Below, in pieces: positions 1 through 8,894 of a stretch of 64,000 nt of DNA. The notes under the pieces are model-generated. The model did no database searches. It was given only the letters and a program-made list of their open reading frames with translations, and was not told the origin of the DNA. A program made the position numbers and the translations under genes. The stretch is from Myxococcota bacterium (GTDB lineage Bacteria > Myxococcota_A > SURF-8 > G963663525). Each line of letters starts with the position of its first letter. The first letter of the stretch is position 1. The stretch covers positions 90,459 to 154,458 of the forward strand of contig CAXXVK010000052.1 in the NCBI GenBank assembly GCA_963676915.2, written 5' to 3'.

Positions 1-1135
1 TCGCTACGTGCCCCAACATTTCCTCCAACTGGCCCGTTTTTTCGCCGATGGCGATCATGTGGGTCACGATCGGCGGAAATTCACCGCTACGCTTGAGCGG
101 ATCGGCAATGCTTTCACCTTCGCGTACTTCACCACGCGCTTTTTCTAGTACATCCTGCAGCAATCGGTTGCTGAGAATGTTTTTCACGATATCCATAGCC
201 GACAGCAACGGAACGCCACTGGCAAGCAATGTAGACAATGTACGAGTAAAGCGGCTGACGGCGATCATCCGAACCAACGGACCAAATAGAGGCGCTCTCA
301 GTTTGAAGGTATCCCACTTCAACTCGCCTTTTTTCGTTTTTTTCCACCAGCGGAAGGTAAACACCAACGCAATCACCATCCCAAGGACAACCCACCAATA
401 CTGTGTCGTGAAATTGGCGACACCGATGAGAACCTGGGTAGCCAGCGGCAACGTCACTTTCATGTTGTCGAAAATCTCGGTGATTTTCGGAATGACGACG
501 ATGAACAGAATTCCTACGACACCCATCATGACAAACAGCATTAACGCCGGATAGGTCAGTGCCGAAATGATTTTGGAACGCAACGCCATCTGGTTTTCAC
601 TGAATTCCGCCAGTCGCGACATGACGACTTCGAGCGCCCCAGAACTTTCGCCTGCTGCCACCATGTTCGTGTACAGCGGCGGGAAAAGTTTTGGGTGCTC
701 GGCCATGGCTTTGGATAAGGACGAACCCTCGTTGACGCTTTCGCGGATTTCGCTCAACACCCGTTTGAATTTTTCGTTTTCCACCTGGTCGATAATCGCG
801 GTAAGCGCTTCGACGATGGGAATGTTCGCCCCAACGAGATTGGCCAGCAATCGGGTAAATACCGCAATTTCCTGAGCGCTGATGGTCTGGAAATATTTTT
901 GGAGATCGACTTCCATGTCCAGCGATATACCGGACAATAGGCTTTTCTTTTCGCCGGTGGATGAACCTGCCGCCGCCTTGGCACCCTTCTTTTTGGAGGA
1001 TACTTCTCTGATATCGGTAAGATAGACACCTTCGGCCTTCATCCGAGCCTTGGCTGAACGCAGAGAATCCGAGTCCACAAGCCCCTTTTTGTTGCGGCCT
1101 TTGGCATCGATTCCTTTCCACTCGAACACCGGCAT
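1..1135 (-). CDS. gspF: Type II secretion inner-membrane platform protein GspF (runs off the window edge, 3' end missing)
   Basis: Read manually because it is absent from the ORF track. ATG at 1135 gives MPVFEWKGIDAKGRNKKGLVDSDS...FTRLLANLVGANIPIVEAL...LYTNMVAAGESSGALE...ALTYP...SRFTRTLSTLLASGVPLL...MIAIGEKTGQLEEML, i.e. two T2SSF domains. Lies directly downstream of gspE. Confidence 0.95.
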   Translation of the reverse strand, partial: MPVFEWKGIDAKGRNKKGLVDSDSLRSAKARMKAEGVYLTDIREVSSKKKGAKAAAGSSTGEKKSLLSGISLDMEVDLQKYFQTISAQEIAVFTRLLANLVGANIPIVEALTAIIDQVENEKFKRVLSEIRESVNEGSSLSKAMAEHPKLFPPLYTNMVAAGESSGALEVVMSRLAEFSENQMALRSKIISALTYPALMLFVMMGVVGILFIVVIPKITEIFDNMKVTLPLATQVLIGVANFTTQYWWVVLGMVIALVFTFRWWKKTKKGELKWDTFKLRAPLFGPLVRMIAVSRFTRTLSTLLASGVPLLSAMDIVKNILSNRLLQDVLEKARGEVREGESIADPLKRSGEFPPIVTHMIAIGEKTGQLEEMLGHVA

Positions 1136-1144
1136 TGCGGCTCC

Positions 1145-2848
1145 CTATTCGTCGTCCAGGGCGACGATTTCGTCCTGGGTTACGCGCATGACTTCCTCCA
1201 CCGAGGTCCAGCCGCGCTTGATTTTCTCGATTCCGTCCATTCGCAGCGTCATCATTCCGTTGCTAAGAGCTTCTCTTTTGATCTCGTTGGCGTCGGCCGC
1301 CTGAAGAATCATGGTCTGAATATCTTCGTTGACCACCAACAGTTCGTGAATGCCGCTTCGGCCTTTGTAGCCCATATTCAGACAGGTAGGACACCCCACC
1401 GGACCCAAGATATTCAATCCGGCGAGATCTTCGCGGGTCATGCCCATCTGGATCAACTCGGCCCGAGTCGGTTCATGCGGAGCTTTGCAGTTTTTGCAGA
1501 GCAAACGTACCAAACGCTGGGCCATAATTCCGATGACGGAAGACGCCACCAGGAAACGTTCGATATTCATATCCACCAGACGTGTAATCGTGCTGGCGGC
1601 ATCGTTGGTATGCACGGTCGAAAAGACCAAGTGACCGGTCAAGGATGCCTGAATGGCGATTTCCGCCGTTTCGTGGTCACGAATTTCACCGATCATCACC
1701 ACGTCCGGGTCTTGGCGCAAAATAGCGCGCAGACCGTTGGCGAAGGTCATGTCGATTTTGCGATTGACGGGAATCTGGCCGATACCGGGAAGCTGGTACT
1801 CGACCGGATCTTCAACCGTAATGATGTTCTTGTCCGGCGTGTTGATCTTGGAAAGCGCCGAGTAAAGCGTGGTGGTTTTACCCGAACCGGTCGGACCTGT
1901 AACCAGAATGATTCCGTGGGGTTGGCTGATAAGCTGGGCGAAAATTTCGAGGTTGCCTTCCAGAAATCCCAACTGGCTCATAGCGAGCAATACAGCTGAA
2001 CGGTCGAGCAGACGCATAACGGTACGTTCACCGTGACTGGTGGGCAGGGTGGACAAGCGGATGTCGATGTCTTTACCCGCAATCTTGATCTTGATCCGGC
2101 CATCCTGGGGAAGTCGTTTTTCGGCGATATTCAGATTGCCCATGATCTTGATACGGGCAGTGACAGCCGATTGCGCCCGCTTGGGAATCCGCACCACTTC
2201 ATAAAGCACACCGTCGATACGGAACCGCACGACGACATCCTTTTCCATCGGCTCGATGTGAACGTCGCTGGCTCCTTCTTTTACGGCTCGGAAAAGAATG
2301 TTGTTGACGAAGCGAATCACCGGCGCGTCGTCTTCCAGACCGCCTTCGAGAATGTCCTGATCGATGTCGAGGGAATCTTCCTCTTCCTTTTTAAACTCTT
2401 CCTTGGAAAGATCCTGCCCCATCGCCCCGGCGTCAGAGTAAATCTGATTGATCGAAGACAACAACCGGTTCCAACCGCAGACTTTCACTTCAACGGATTT
2501 ACCGAACATCAACCGCAAATCGTCAAGAGCGAAAATTTCCAGAGGTTCGCTGGTGACGATGGTCACATCGTGGTCATCCACGGCGATCGGTAAAAAGCGA
2601 TACTGCTTGGCATAGTTGATCGGAATATTTTCAACGAGGGCGATGGGTAATTCTTCCGGCATCTTCTTCAGATAAGACAACCCAAGCTGCGTAGCCAGCG
2701 CATGGGCCAGTTCCTCGTCGTTGATTTCCTTCTGCCCCAGCAGAATTTCCCCGATCCTACCTTCCCGTTCGGCCTGGATCTCCAACGCACGAGCCAGTTT
2801 CTCGGGCTTGAGCGTCGTTTCTTTGAGCAGTATTTCTCCCAGCAACAT
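1145..2848 (-). CDS. gspE: Type II secretion ATPase GspE with N-terminal MshEN-like repeats
   Basis: Walker A GPTGSGKTT, TVEDPVEY, LRQDPDVVMIGEIRD, His box, and tetracysteine CKNC/CPTC. N-terminus has LGEILL...Q and RIGEILL...Q. Confidence 0.96.
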   Translation of the reverse strand: MLLGEILLKETTLKPEKLARALEIQAEREGRIGEILLGQKEINDEELAHALATQLGLSYLKKMPEELPIALVENIPINYAKQYRFLPIAVDDHDVTIVTSEPLEIFALDDLRLMFGKSVEVKVCGWNRLLSSINQIYSDAGAMGQDLSKEEFKKEEEDSLDIDQDILEGGLEDDAPVIRFVNNILFRAVKEGASDVHIEPMEKDVVVRFRIDGVLYEVVRIPKRAQSAVTARIKIMGNLNIAEKRLPQDGRIKIKIAGKDIDIRLSTLPTSHGERTVMRLLDRSAVLLAMSQLGFLEGNLEIFAQLISQPHGIILVTGPTGSGKTTTLYSALSKINTPDKNIITVEDPVEYQLPGIGQIPVNRKIDMTFANGLRAILRQDPDVVMIGEIRDHETAEIAIQASLTGHLVFSTVHTNDAASTITRLVDMNIERFLVASSVIGIMAQRLVRLLCKNCKAPHEPTRAELIQMGMTREDLAGLNILGPVGCPTCLNMGYKGRSGIHELLVVNEDIQTMILQAADANEIKREALSNGMMTLRMDGIEKIKRGWTSVEEVMRVTQDEIVALDDE

Positions 2849-2856
2849 TTCGGCGC

Positions 2857-5682
2857 CTACTCTTCCTCATCCGAGTCGGACGACGGCTGTTCGAACACAT
2901 GCCGCATCAGGTCTTTTTTCGAGCGATATCCACTTTTTACCTCAGAAGGGGGCGACACGTTCTCGGAACTGTCCGCCTCGTCCTCACCAAGAGACAGCGG
3001 AAGGCTCTGGTCGGTACCCACTCCGATTTCGTAGATTCCGCGCTCATCTTCCGGCGTAATCAGAGTTTCTTTTTCCTGACGTTCTTTTTCCTCGGCCTGC
3101 GCCTTGGCTTCCTCGTCGGAAATCGTCTGACGGATGTGCTCGACAATACCGGTTTTCTGGCTGTAATCGGTCGAATCGATAAGGTCTTCGTCCTCTCCGT
3201 AGAAACGCTTGAGGAATTCTGCACGCTCTTCCATTTTACGTCGGTAGATGCGCTTGAAATCTTCCTCGTCCTTGATGATGTGAGGCGTGAGGAAAATCAA
3301 CAGGTTGGTTTTTTCCTTGGCGTCACGGTCACGGCGGAACAAACGACCCAAAATCGGCAAATCTCCCAAAAACGGCACTTTGTCGATATCTTCCGTATTA
3401 CGATCCCTCAACATACCGCCGATAACGATCGTCTGGTTATCTTTGACCACGACCGAACTTTTAGCGGCCCGCTTGGTGGTTGTGGGTCCGAGGGTTTCCG
3501 AAATCGAGACGAGTTCCGTCACTTCCTGTTGAACCTGCAGCCTGACGAAATCGCTCTCGTTGATCTGCGGTTTGATTTTCATCGTCAATGCCACGTCCTG
3601 GCGCTGAATGGACAACACCGGCTGGTTGTTGGAGTCACGGGACGACCCGGTAATGAACGGTACGTTGGAACCGACGATAATTTCCGCTTCTTCGTTGTCC
3701 GTCGTCAAAATGTGCGGTGTGGACAGCACGTTGGCGTTGGAATCGGTCTGCAATGCCTGCATCAACACGCCGAACGAAGGAATCGCGGCGTCTCCGACCA
3801 ACCCTTCGGTCCCGGCAAGATCCGGTCCCTGTACGCCCACCGCCATACCGGAAAGCGTGGTCGGGTCGATGGAAATCGAACTCATCGTTCCCAATGTGGT
3901 TCCGGCGTACACCGGCACGGTTTCACCATCGATGGTCATGGTAAAACCACCGTTCATCGCAACACCCAACGAACGGTCCACACTTAAACGGACTTCCATG
4001 ATGACCGCTTCGACGAACACCTGTCGGCGGCGGATATCCAGCTTGTCGATAACTTTCGTCAAAGCGTTGAAATCCTTGGTGGAAGCCACGATAACCAGGG
4101 AGTTGGTGGATTTATCCGCCGTGATTTTCACTTCGCCTTCAAACAGGTCCGCTGTGTCACCCGTTTTCGATTTTCCCTTTTTCGATCGGGAACGGCTACC
4201 TTGGGAAAGGCTTGACAAGGTACTCGAAAGTTCCTCGGCATTGGCGTTTTCGAGATAGTAGACATGCACCTGACCATCGCCCGGGATCGGCACGTCGAGA
4301 CGGTTGATCATGTCGAGAATCCTCGGCATCGCCGCACGAGGTGCAACGACGATCAGTTGGTTCGTTCGCTCTTCGGCAATGATATTGGTGATCGTGACCT
4401 GATCGTCTTCAGGCTCCGTCGTTTGGGTCTTTTTTTTGCTTTTCCTTCTGGTTTTTTTCGTCGTCTTTTTCTTTGTGCTGCTTTTACCCTTGGCTTTTTC
4501 TCCGAAAATCTGGTTCAGGGTATCGGCCACTTCCTGAGCGGACGCATAGTAAATGTCGATAACGTGAATCGAGTCCCTACCGGATGGAACATCCAGCTCT
4601 TTCAGGATTTTCACCATCCGCCGAATGTTGATGGCCGTATCGGTGATGATCACGCTATTGGTCGGCTCGTATGTAAGAACTTCACCCTCTTTCGTTTTGA
4701 AATCCTTCAGGATTTTGTCCACATCCTTGATTTCGACGTGAGAGAGTTTGAGCATGTAAGTAATGACTTCCTCGGACGGCTCGGTGTCGCCACCTTCGAG
4801 GTAGGTCTTGATCGGGGAACGCTGGGCATCCCGAACGGGAATGACTTTGTAGAACTTCCCGACCCGCACGAGCGCCAGATCGCGGGAACGAAGAACCGAT
4901 AAAAACGCCTGCCAAGCCTGCTCCCGTGTGACCGGGTTGGGCGAAATCAACGTGATTTTCCCGCCTTTAACCTTGTCACCGATCAGGAAGTTGATTTTGA
5001 ACTTCTCGGCCATCTGCTTGATGAACTCCAGCAGATCCTGGTCGTAATAGTCGATGTGGTACAGCTCGCCTTTTTCGAACTCGGTGAACGCCTTGCGCTC
5101 GTTCATCTTTTTCTCGGCGTCTTCGCTGGTCGGAATAGGCTGCTTGACCGCCGGAGGGACCGGAGGTGCCGAAGGACCACGCGGAGGAAGTCCCAAAGAC
5201 GAACCACCTGCAGAAGCCGGAGGTGGATTATCAGGCGTTGCATCCTCTTCGGTGTCGTCGACTTGATCGGCCTCGTCATTTTCCGTTTTGGCCATGTTCG
5301 TCTTTCGAGTAGCCGCAGCGTCGGAACCAAGGTTATTCTGAGACGGAGCCACGGACGACGACATACCCGCACGATTTCGAATCGCGCCGTCAACCTTCAA
5401 AGGAAGCCTGTCGTTAAGTTTGATTCCCGCTTTTTGGGCTTTGGCGTTCCGTTCCTTCAGGGATTTCGGATCGTTGCCTCGCCGCATCCTCTCCTTGAGA
5501 TTCAACGGAATGCCTTCATCATCCAAAGCCTGGTCTTTCAACGCTTTATCATACTTCGGATCTTCGGCGTAGGAGTTGAAACTCCAGCACGTCGATAAAA
5601 ACACAAGAACGAATGTGGACCGCCACAAGTGAGAGAAGATCCGATTGCGCCGGTTGCCCCGGTTGTCTCTACAGCCGTTCAC
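2857..5682 (-). CDS. gspD: Type II secretion secretin GspD with a long low-complexity N-terminal extension and acidic C-terminal tail
   Basis: N0 (DLLEFIKQMAEKFKINFLI...GKITLI), N-domain repeats (TNSVII, TNQLIV, TNSLVI), and secretin domain (RRQVFVEAVIME, NVLSTPHILTTDNEEAEIIVG, KVPFLGDLPILGRLFR, NLLIFLTPHII). GTG start is uncertain. Confidence 0.96.
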   Translation of the reverse strand: MNGCRDNRGNRRNRIFSHLWRSTFVLVFLSTCWSFNSYAEDPKYDKALKDQALDDEGIPLNLKERMRRGNDPKSLKERNAKAQKAGIKLNDRLPLKVDGAIRNRAGMSSSVAPSQNNLGSDAAATRKTNMAKTENDEADQVDDTEEDATPDNPPPASAGGSSLGLPPRGPSAPPVPPAVKQPIPTSEDAEKKMNERKAFTEFEKGELYHIDYYDQDLLEFIKQMAEKFKINFLIGDKVKGGKITLISPNPVTREQAWQAFLSVLRSRDLALVRVGKFYKVIPVRDAQRSPIKTYLEGGDTEPSEEVITYMLKLSHVEIKDVDKILKDFKTKEGEVLTYEPTNSVIITDTAINIRRMVKILKELDVPSGRDSIHVIDIYYASAQEVADTLNQIFGEKAKGKSSTKKKTTKKTRRKSKKKTQTTEPEDDQVTITNIIAEERTNQLIVVAPRAAMPRILDMINRLDVPIPGDGQVHVYYLENANAEELSSTLSSLSQGSRSRSKKGKSKTGDTADLFEGEVKITADKSTNSLVIVASTKDFNALTKVIDKLDIRRRQVFVEAVIMEVRLSVDRSLGVAMNGGFTMTIDGETVPVYAGTTLGTMSSISIDPTTLSGMAVGVQGPDLAGTEGLVGDAAIPSFGVLMQALQTDSNANVLSTPHILTTDNEEAEIIVGSNVPFITGSSRDSNNQPVLSIQRQDVALTMKIKPQINESDFVRLQVQQEVTELVSISETLGPTTTKRAAKSSVVVKDNQTIVIGGMLRDRNTEDIDKVPFLGDLPILGRLFRRDRDAKEKTNLLIFLTPHIIKDEEDFKRIYRRKMEERAEFLKRFYGEDEDLIDSTDYSQKTGIVEHIRQTISDEEAKAQAEEKERQEKETLITPEDERGIYEIGVGTDQSLPLSLGEDEADSSENVSPPSEVKSGYRSKKDLMRHVFEQPSSDSDEEE

Positions 5683-5755
5683 AGGGCGCCTCCTTCACTT
5701 GGATCAAGACGTGTGGACATCTGTTTTTCCCAATAATATTCCATAGTTCCATCCA

Positions 5756-6688
5756 TTACCGAACATTGTACTGCAACGTAACATTCCGACCGCGACGCTC
5801 CAGGTTGATCTGAATCGATTTTTCCGTTTTCAGCTTCGCGTAGATTTCCAATGCTTTTTCCGGGGAGTCGAGCTTCATGCTGTTGACTTCCTGAATAACG
5901 TCCCCGTTTTTGATTCCCACTTTGTCGTATAAAGAACCGGGTTTGATAGAGTAAATCCGAAACCCGTTTCCTTTTCCGTTTTTGAAATTGGGAACGATCC
6001 TCGCCTGGGTTGCCAGACTGTTCAGGTTCCCCATTTGCTTTTGCAATTCACCCTCGGCGATATTGAACTCGGTATCGCTGACTTTCTGAATCCCGTCGAA
6101 TTCGTCACCACTATCGCCTTCCGCCGGTTTTTCCTCTGCGGCTTTATCGTCGAGATCCCCGTGGGCCAGGCATTCGATTTTCCCACCGTTCTGGAAATAA
6201 AAACGTTTTCGATACACACCGACGACCGGGCCGCTTTCGACTTTCTGACCCCACTGGAACATTTTGACCGTCTTGTCAGGCATCTGAAGAATTCCGAAAG
6301 AATGCTTGGGGTTGGCCGCAGCAACGGTTCCCATCAACGTAGCCTTCAACGACGAACCGGTGCAGGGGTAGCTTTCCGGGACGACCATACCTTCTTCGTA
6401 ATCGATTTCCACTTCGGGCGGAGCATCGATGCCACCCATCAGTTCCGGCGGAGGATCGGGAGGAATAATGGCTTTCCCCACAAAGGGATCCCATAACGGA
6501 TCTCGCTTGGCCTGCTTGTTTTTTGCGGAATTATGATCGACGACCTTACGAGAAACCGGTGGTATTTCCGGCTTCAACCGCAAACTGGCACCCAGCAGCA
6601 AATTGACCGTTCCCGCTGCGAGAAACGAACAGACCATGATGGTGAACAGGTTCACGGTCCAGAAATATTCTTTAAAAAACCTGCGCAT
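5756..6688 (-). CDS. gspC: Type II secretion protein GspC (TM, HR domain, PDZ)
   Basis: N-terminal TM, HR-like LMGTVAA, and C-terminal PDZ (ARIVPNFKNGKGNGFRIYSIKPGSLYDKVGIKNGDVI). First gene of gspCDEF. ATG 6688 chosen for the upstream AAGG. Confidence 0.92.
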   Translation of the reverse strand: MRRFFKEYFWTVNLFTIMVCSFLAAGTVNLLLGASLRLKPEIPPVSRKVVDHNSAKNKQAKRDPLWDPFVGKAIIPPDPPPELMGGIDAPPEVEIDYEEGMVVPESYPCTGSSLKATLMGTVAAANPKHSFGILQMPDKTVKMFQWGQKVESGPVVGVYRKRFYFQNGGKIECLAHGDLDDKAAEEKPAEGDSGDEFDGIQKVSDTEFNIAEGELQKQMGNLNSLATQARIVPNFKNGKGNGFRIYSIKPGSLYDKVGIKNGDVIQEVNSMKLDSPEKALEIYAKLKTEKSIQINLERRGRNVTLQYNVR

Positions 6689-6756
6689 CAAAATACCTTG
6701 GTTCCAGGTTATTCTGCTTGGTACAATCAAGCAGGCAAAACATCAAGAACTCCTTA

Positions 6757-6773
6757 AGCAATATACATGCCAG
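6757..6773 (-). promoter_or_regulatory. Sigma-54 (-24/-12) promoter of the gsp operon
   Basis: Minus strand CTGGCATGTATATTGCT matches YTGGCACGrNNNTTGCW with exact GG-N10-GC spacing, about 70 bp upstream of gspC. Confidence 0.8.
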
Positions 6774-6872
6774 AGGCAACACAACAGAACTAACTCTCAA
6801 CCATTTGAATTGACAGGGTATTTTTCACCGCCTGCCAAAGTCTTTTCTCCGAGGAAGACAAAGCTCCTCTCA

Positions 6873-6929
6873 CAAGGACAAAATGTCAATCGGTCAATCC
6901 TCTCTCTTCGGCCAAGGACAAATTGTCAA
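6873..6929. promoter_or_regulatory. Tandem candidate enhancer-binding-protein sites (UAS)
   Basis: Direct repeat CAAGGACAAAATGTCAA (6873-6889) and CAAGGACAAATTGTCAA (6913-6929), 40 bp apart, each with dyad GACA-N3-TGTC, about 130-180 bp upstream of the sigma-54 start. Confidence 0.6.
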
Positions 6930-7048
6930 ACCCAAACTCACCTATTCTTCCGAAAGACTTTTTCAGCGGAAAACATCCGTTTCACCGAATTCGTCGCTTG
7001 ATCAATTTCTCCTGCCTTGCTAGCCTATCTTGAATCAGGGAGGTGACC

Positions 7049-8128
7049 ATGGAGCAACCCCGATGGATGATTTACGGAGCCAACGGCTATACGGGACGTT
7101 TGACGGCGAGACTTGCCATGCTGCTGGGTGAAAATCCTGTGCTGGCCGGTCGGAGCAAAGAAAAAATCGAGCCGCTCGCTCAGTCGCTTGAACTGGACTA
7201 TCGGGTTTTCCGACTGGACGATCCGTTCGGACTGAAAAAAGCGCTGGAATCGGTAGACGCCATTTTGCTGATGGCCGGGCCGTTTTCGGCTACCAGCCGC
7301 CTCGTGGTGGACGCCTGCCTGCAAACAGGAACTCATTACCTTGATATCACAGGAGAAATCGCGGTTCTTGAAACGGTGCTCAACCGTGACGAGGAAGCCC
7401 GAAAAGCCGGTGTCACTTTAATTCCCGGAGTCGGTTTCGATGTCGTCCCTACCGATTGCCTCGCCGCAATGCTGGCTCAAAAACTTCCCGACGCCACCCA
7501 CCTGGAACTTGCCTTCGGCGGATCGGGAAAAATCAGCCCCGGCACCATGAAAACGATTGTCGAAGGCTTGGCGCTACCCAAAGGGGGAGCCATCCGAGAC
7601 GATGGTCGTATCAAACCGGTCCGTGCGGTTTGGAAGACACGCAGAATTCCTTTCCCCAACGCACATTCCCATGCCATTTCCATAGGTTGGGGCGACGTAG
7701 CTTCGGCGTATCATTCCACCGGCATTCCCAATATCGTTACCTACATGTCGATGCCGGAATCCGCAATTGTCCGCATGAAACAGGCGGAAACCTTTCAACC
7801 GATTCTGAAACTTTCGTTCGCGCAGTCGATCATCAAGCATTTCATCGAAAAGTGGGTTCCCGGCCCTACAGAAAACGACCGCCGTAAAGGCTTCAACGAT
7901 GTCTGGGGAGAAGTCCGAAACGCCAACGGCCAGATCGTCACAGGTTGCCTGACGACTCCCGAAGGCTATACTCTTACCGCCGATTCTTCGATTCGCGCCA
8001 TGAAAAAGGTGCTGGAAGGCTCCGTATCCAAAGGGGCGTTGACCCCATCGAAAGCGTTCGGCGCGGATTTCATTTTAGAATGCGATGGCGTGACCCGCCA
8101 CGAGTTCACCGAATCGCAAACTGACTAG
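7049..8128 (+). CDS. Saccharopine dehydrogenase-like / trans-acting enoyl reductase family NAD(P)-dependent oxidoreductase
   Basis: IYGANGYTG Rossmann motif, AGPF, HYLDITGE, GVGFDVVPTD, TPEGYTLTA, GALTPSKAFG. Confidence 0.85.
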   Translation: MEQPRWMIYGANGYTGRLTARLAMLLGENPVLAGRSKEKIEPLAQSLELDYRVFRLDDPFGLKKALESVDAILLMAGPFSATSRLVVDACLQTGTHYLDITGEIAVLETVLNRDEEARKAGVTLIPGVGFDVVPTDCLAAMLAQKLPDATHLELAFGGSGKISPGTMKTIVEGLALPKGGAIRDDGRIKPVRAVWKTRRIPFPNAHSHAISIGWGDVASAYHSTGIPNIVTYMSMPESAIVRMKQAETFQPILKLSFAQSIIKHFIEKWVPGPTENDRRKGFNDVWGEVRNANGQIVTGCLTTPEGYTLTADSSIRAMKKVLEGSVSKGALTPSKAFGADFILECDGVTRHEFTESQTD

Positions 8129-8183
8129 GATACCATTTGAACTTTTCGATTTTCCTCGGCTTTCAGAGTTGCATGGACGAAAA

Positions 8184-8852
8184 ATGACCATTTTGACCCG
8201 AAAATTCGCGTTATGGATGATGTTGGCGTTGTTATCGAGCCTCACAGCTTGCCACCCCACAACCGCGAAATGGGATCCGGCGGTAGACTTGGAACCGGAT
8301 TCGGTGCTTCATCCTACCAGCAACATCGAAGCCAGCCACCAAGGCTATGTCGAGGGACGGCGTTTGATGCAACTGAGCCGATACGAAGAAGCGGAAAAAC
8401 GGCTGGCCGAAGCGGTGGATCTCGACACAGAAAACCACAAAGCCTGGTGGGTACTAGCCCACTGCCGTCAAATGCAATTCCACAAAAGCGGGGATAAAAA
8501 CCAACTTGGCAAGGCGGTGCAAGCCTTGCAAAAAGCCTGCGAAAAACAACCGGATCGTCCAAATTACCATAACGATTTAGGTCAGTTGTATTTCGAAGCC
8601 GGTCGGTTTCAAGAAGCGATTCAAGCCTTGCAGAAAGCCCGAAACCAGATCCAGGACTGGCCCGACCCATACTATCATCTCGCACAAGTTTACGTTGCAA
8701 TGAACCAGACAGACAAGGCTCTGAACGAGCTAGAAACGTCGATCCGCCTCAAAGAATTGTTCCGCGAACGAGCCGCGAAAGAACCTGCCTTCGAGTCGTT
8801 ACAAAAAAACCAACGTTTTCAGGAACTTATCTCACAGGGTGTTGGGCAATAA
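8184..8852 (+). CDS. TPR lipoprotein
   Basis: Lipobox LTAC, several TPRs, and a C-terminal YYHLAQVY...AAKEPAFESLQKNQRF TPR-end motif. Confidence 0.8.
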   Translation: MTILTRKFALWMMLALLSSLTACHPTTAKWDPAVDLEPDSVLHPTSNIEASHQGYVEGRRLMQLSRYEEAEKRLAEAVDLDTENHKAWWVLAHCRQMQFHKSGDKNQLGKAVQALQKACEKQPDRPNYHNDLGQLYFEAGRFQEAIQALQKARNQIQDWPDPYYHLAQVYVAMNQTDKALNELETSIRLKELFRERAAKEPAFESLQKNQRFQELISQGVGQ

Positions 8853-8894
8853 ATTTACCCGACATGACTACAGAAACTGTCAAATGATTCAATT

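Noticed and set aside
1-6730. Type IV pilus (pilB/pilC/pilQ) assignment
   Set aside because: The PDZ-containing GspC, the N0-N3 secretin without AMIN domains, and the C-D-E-F gene order indicate a T2SS.
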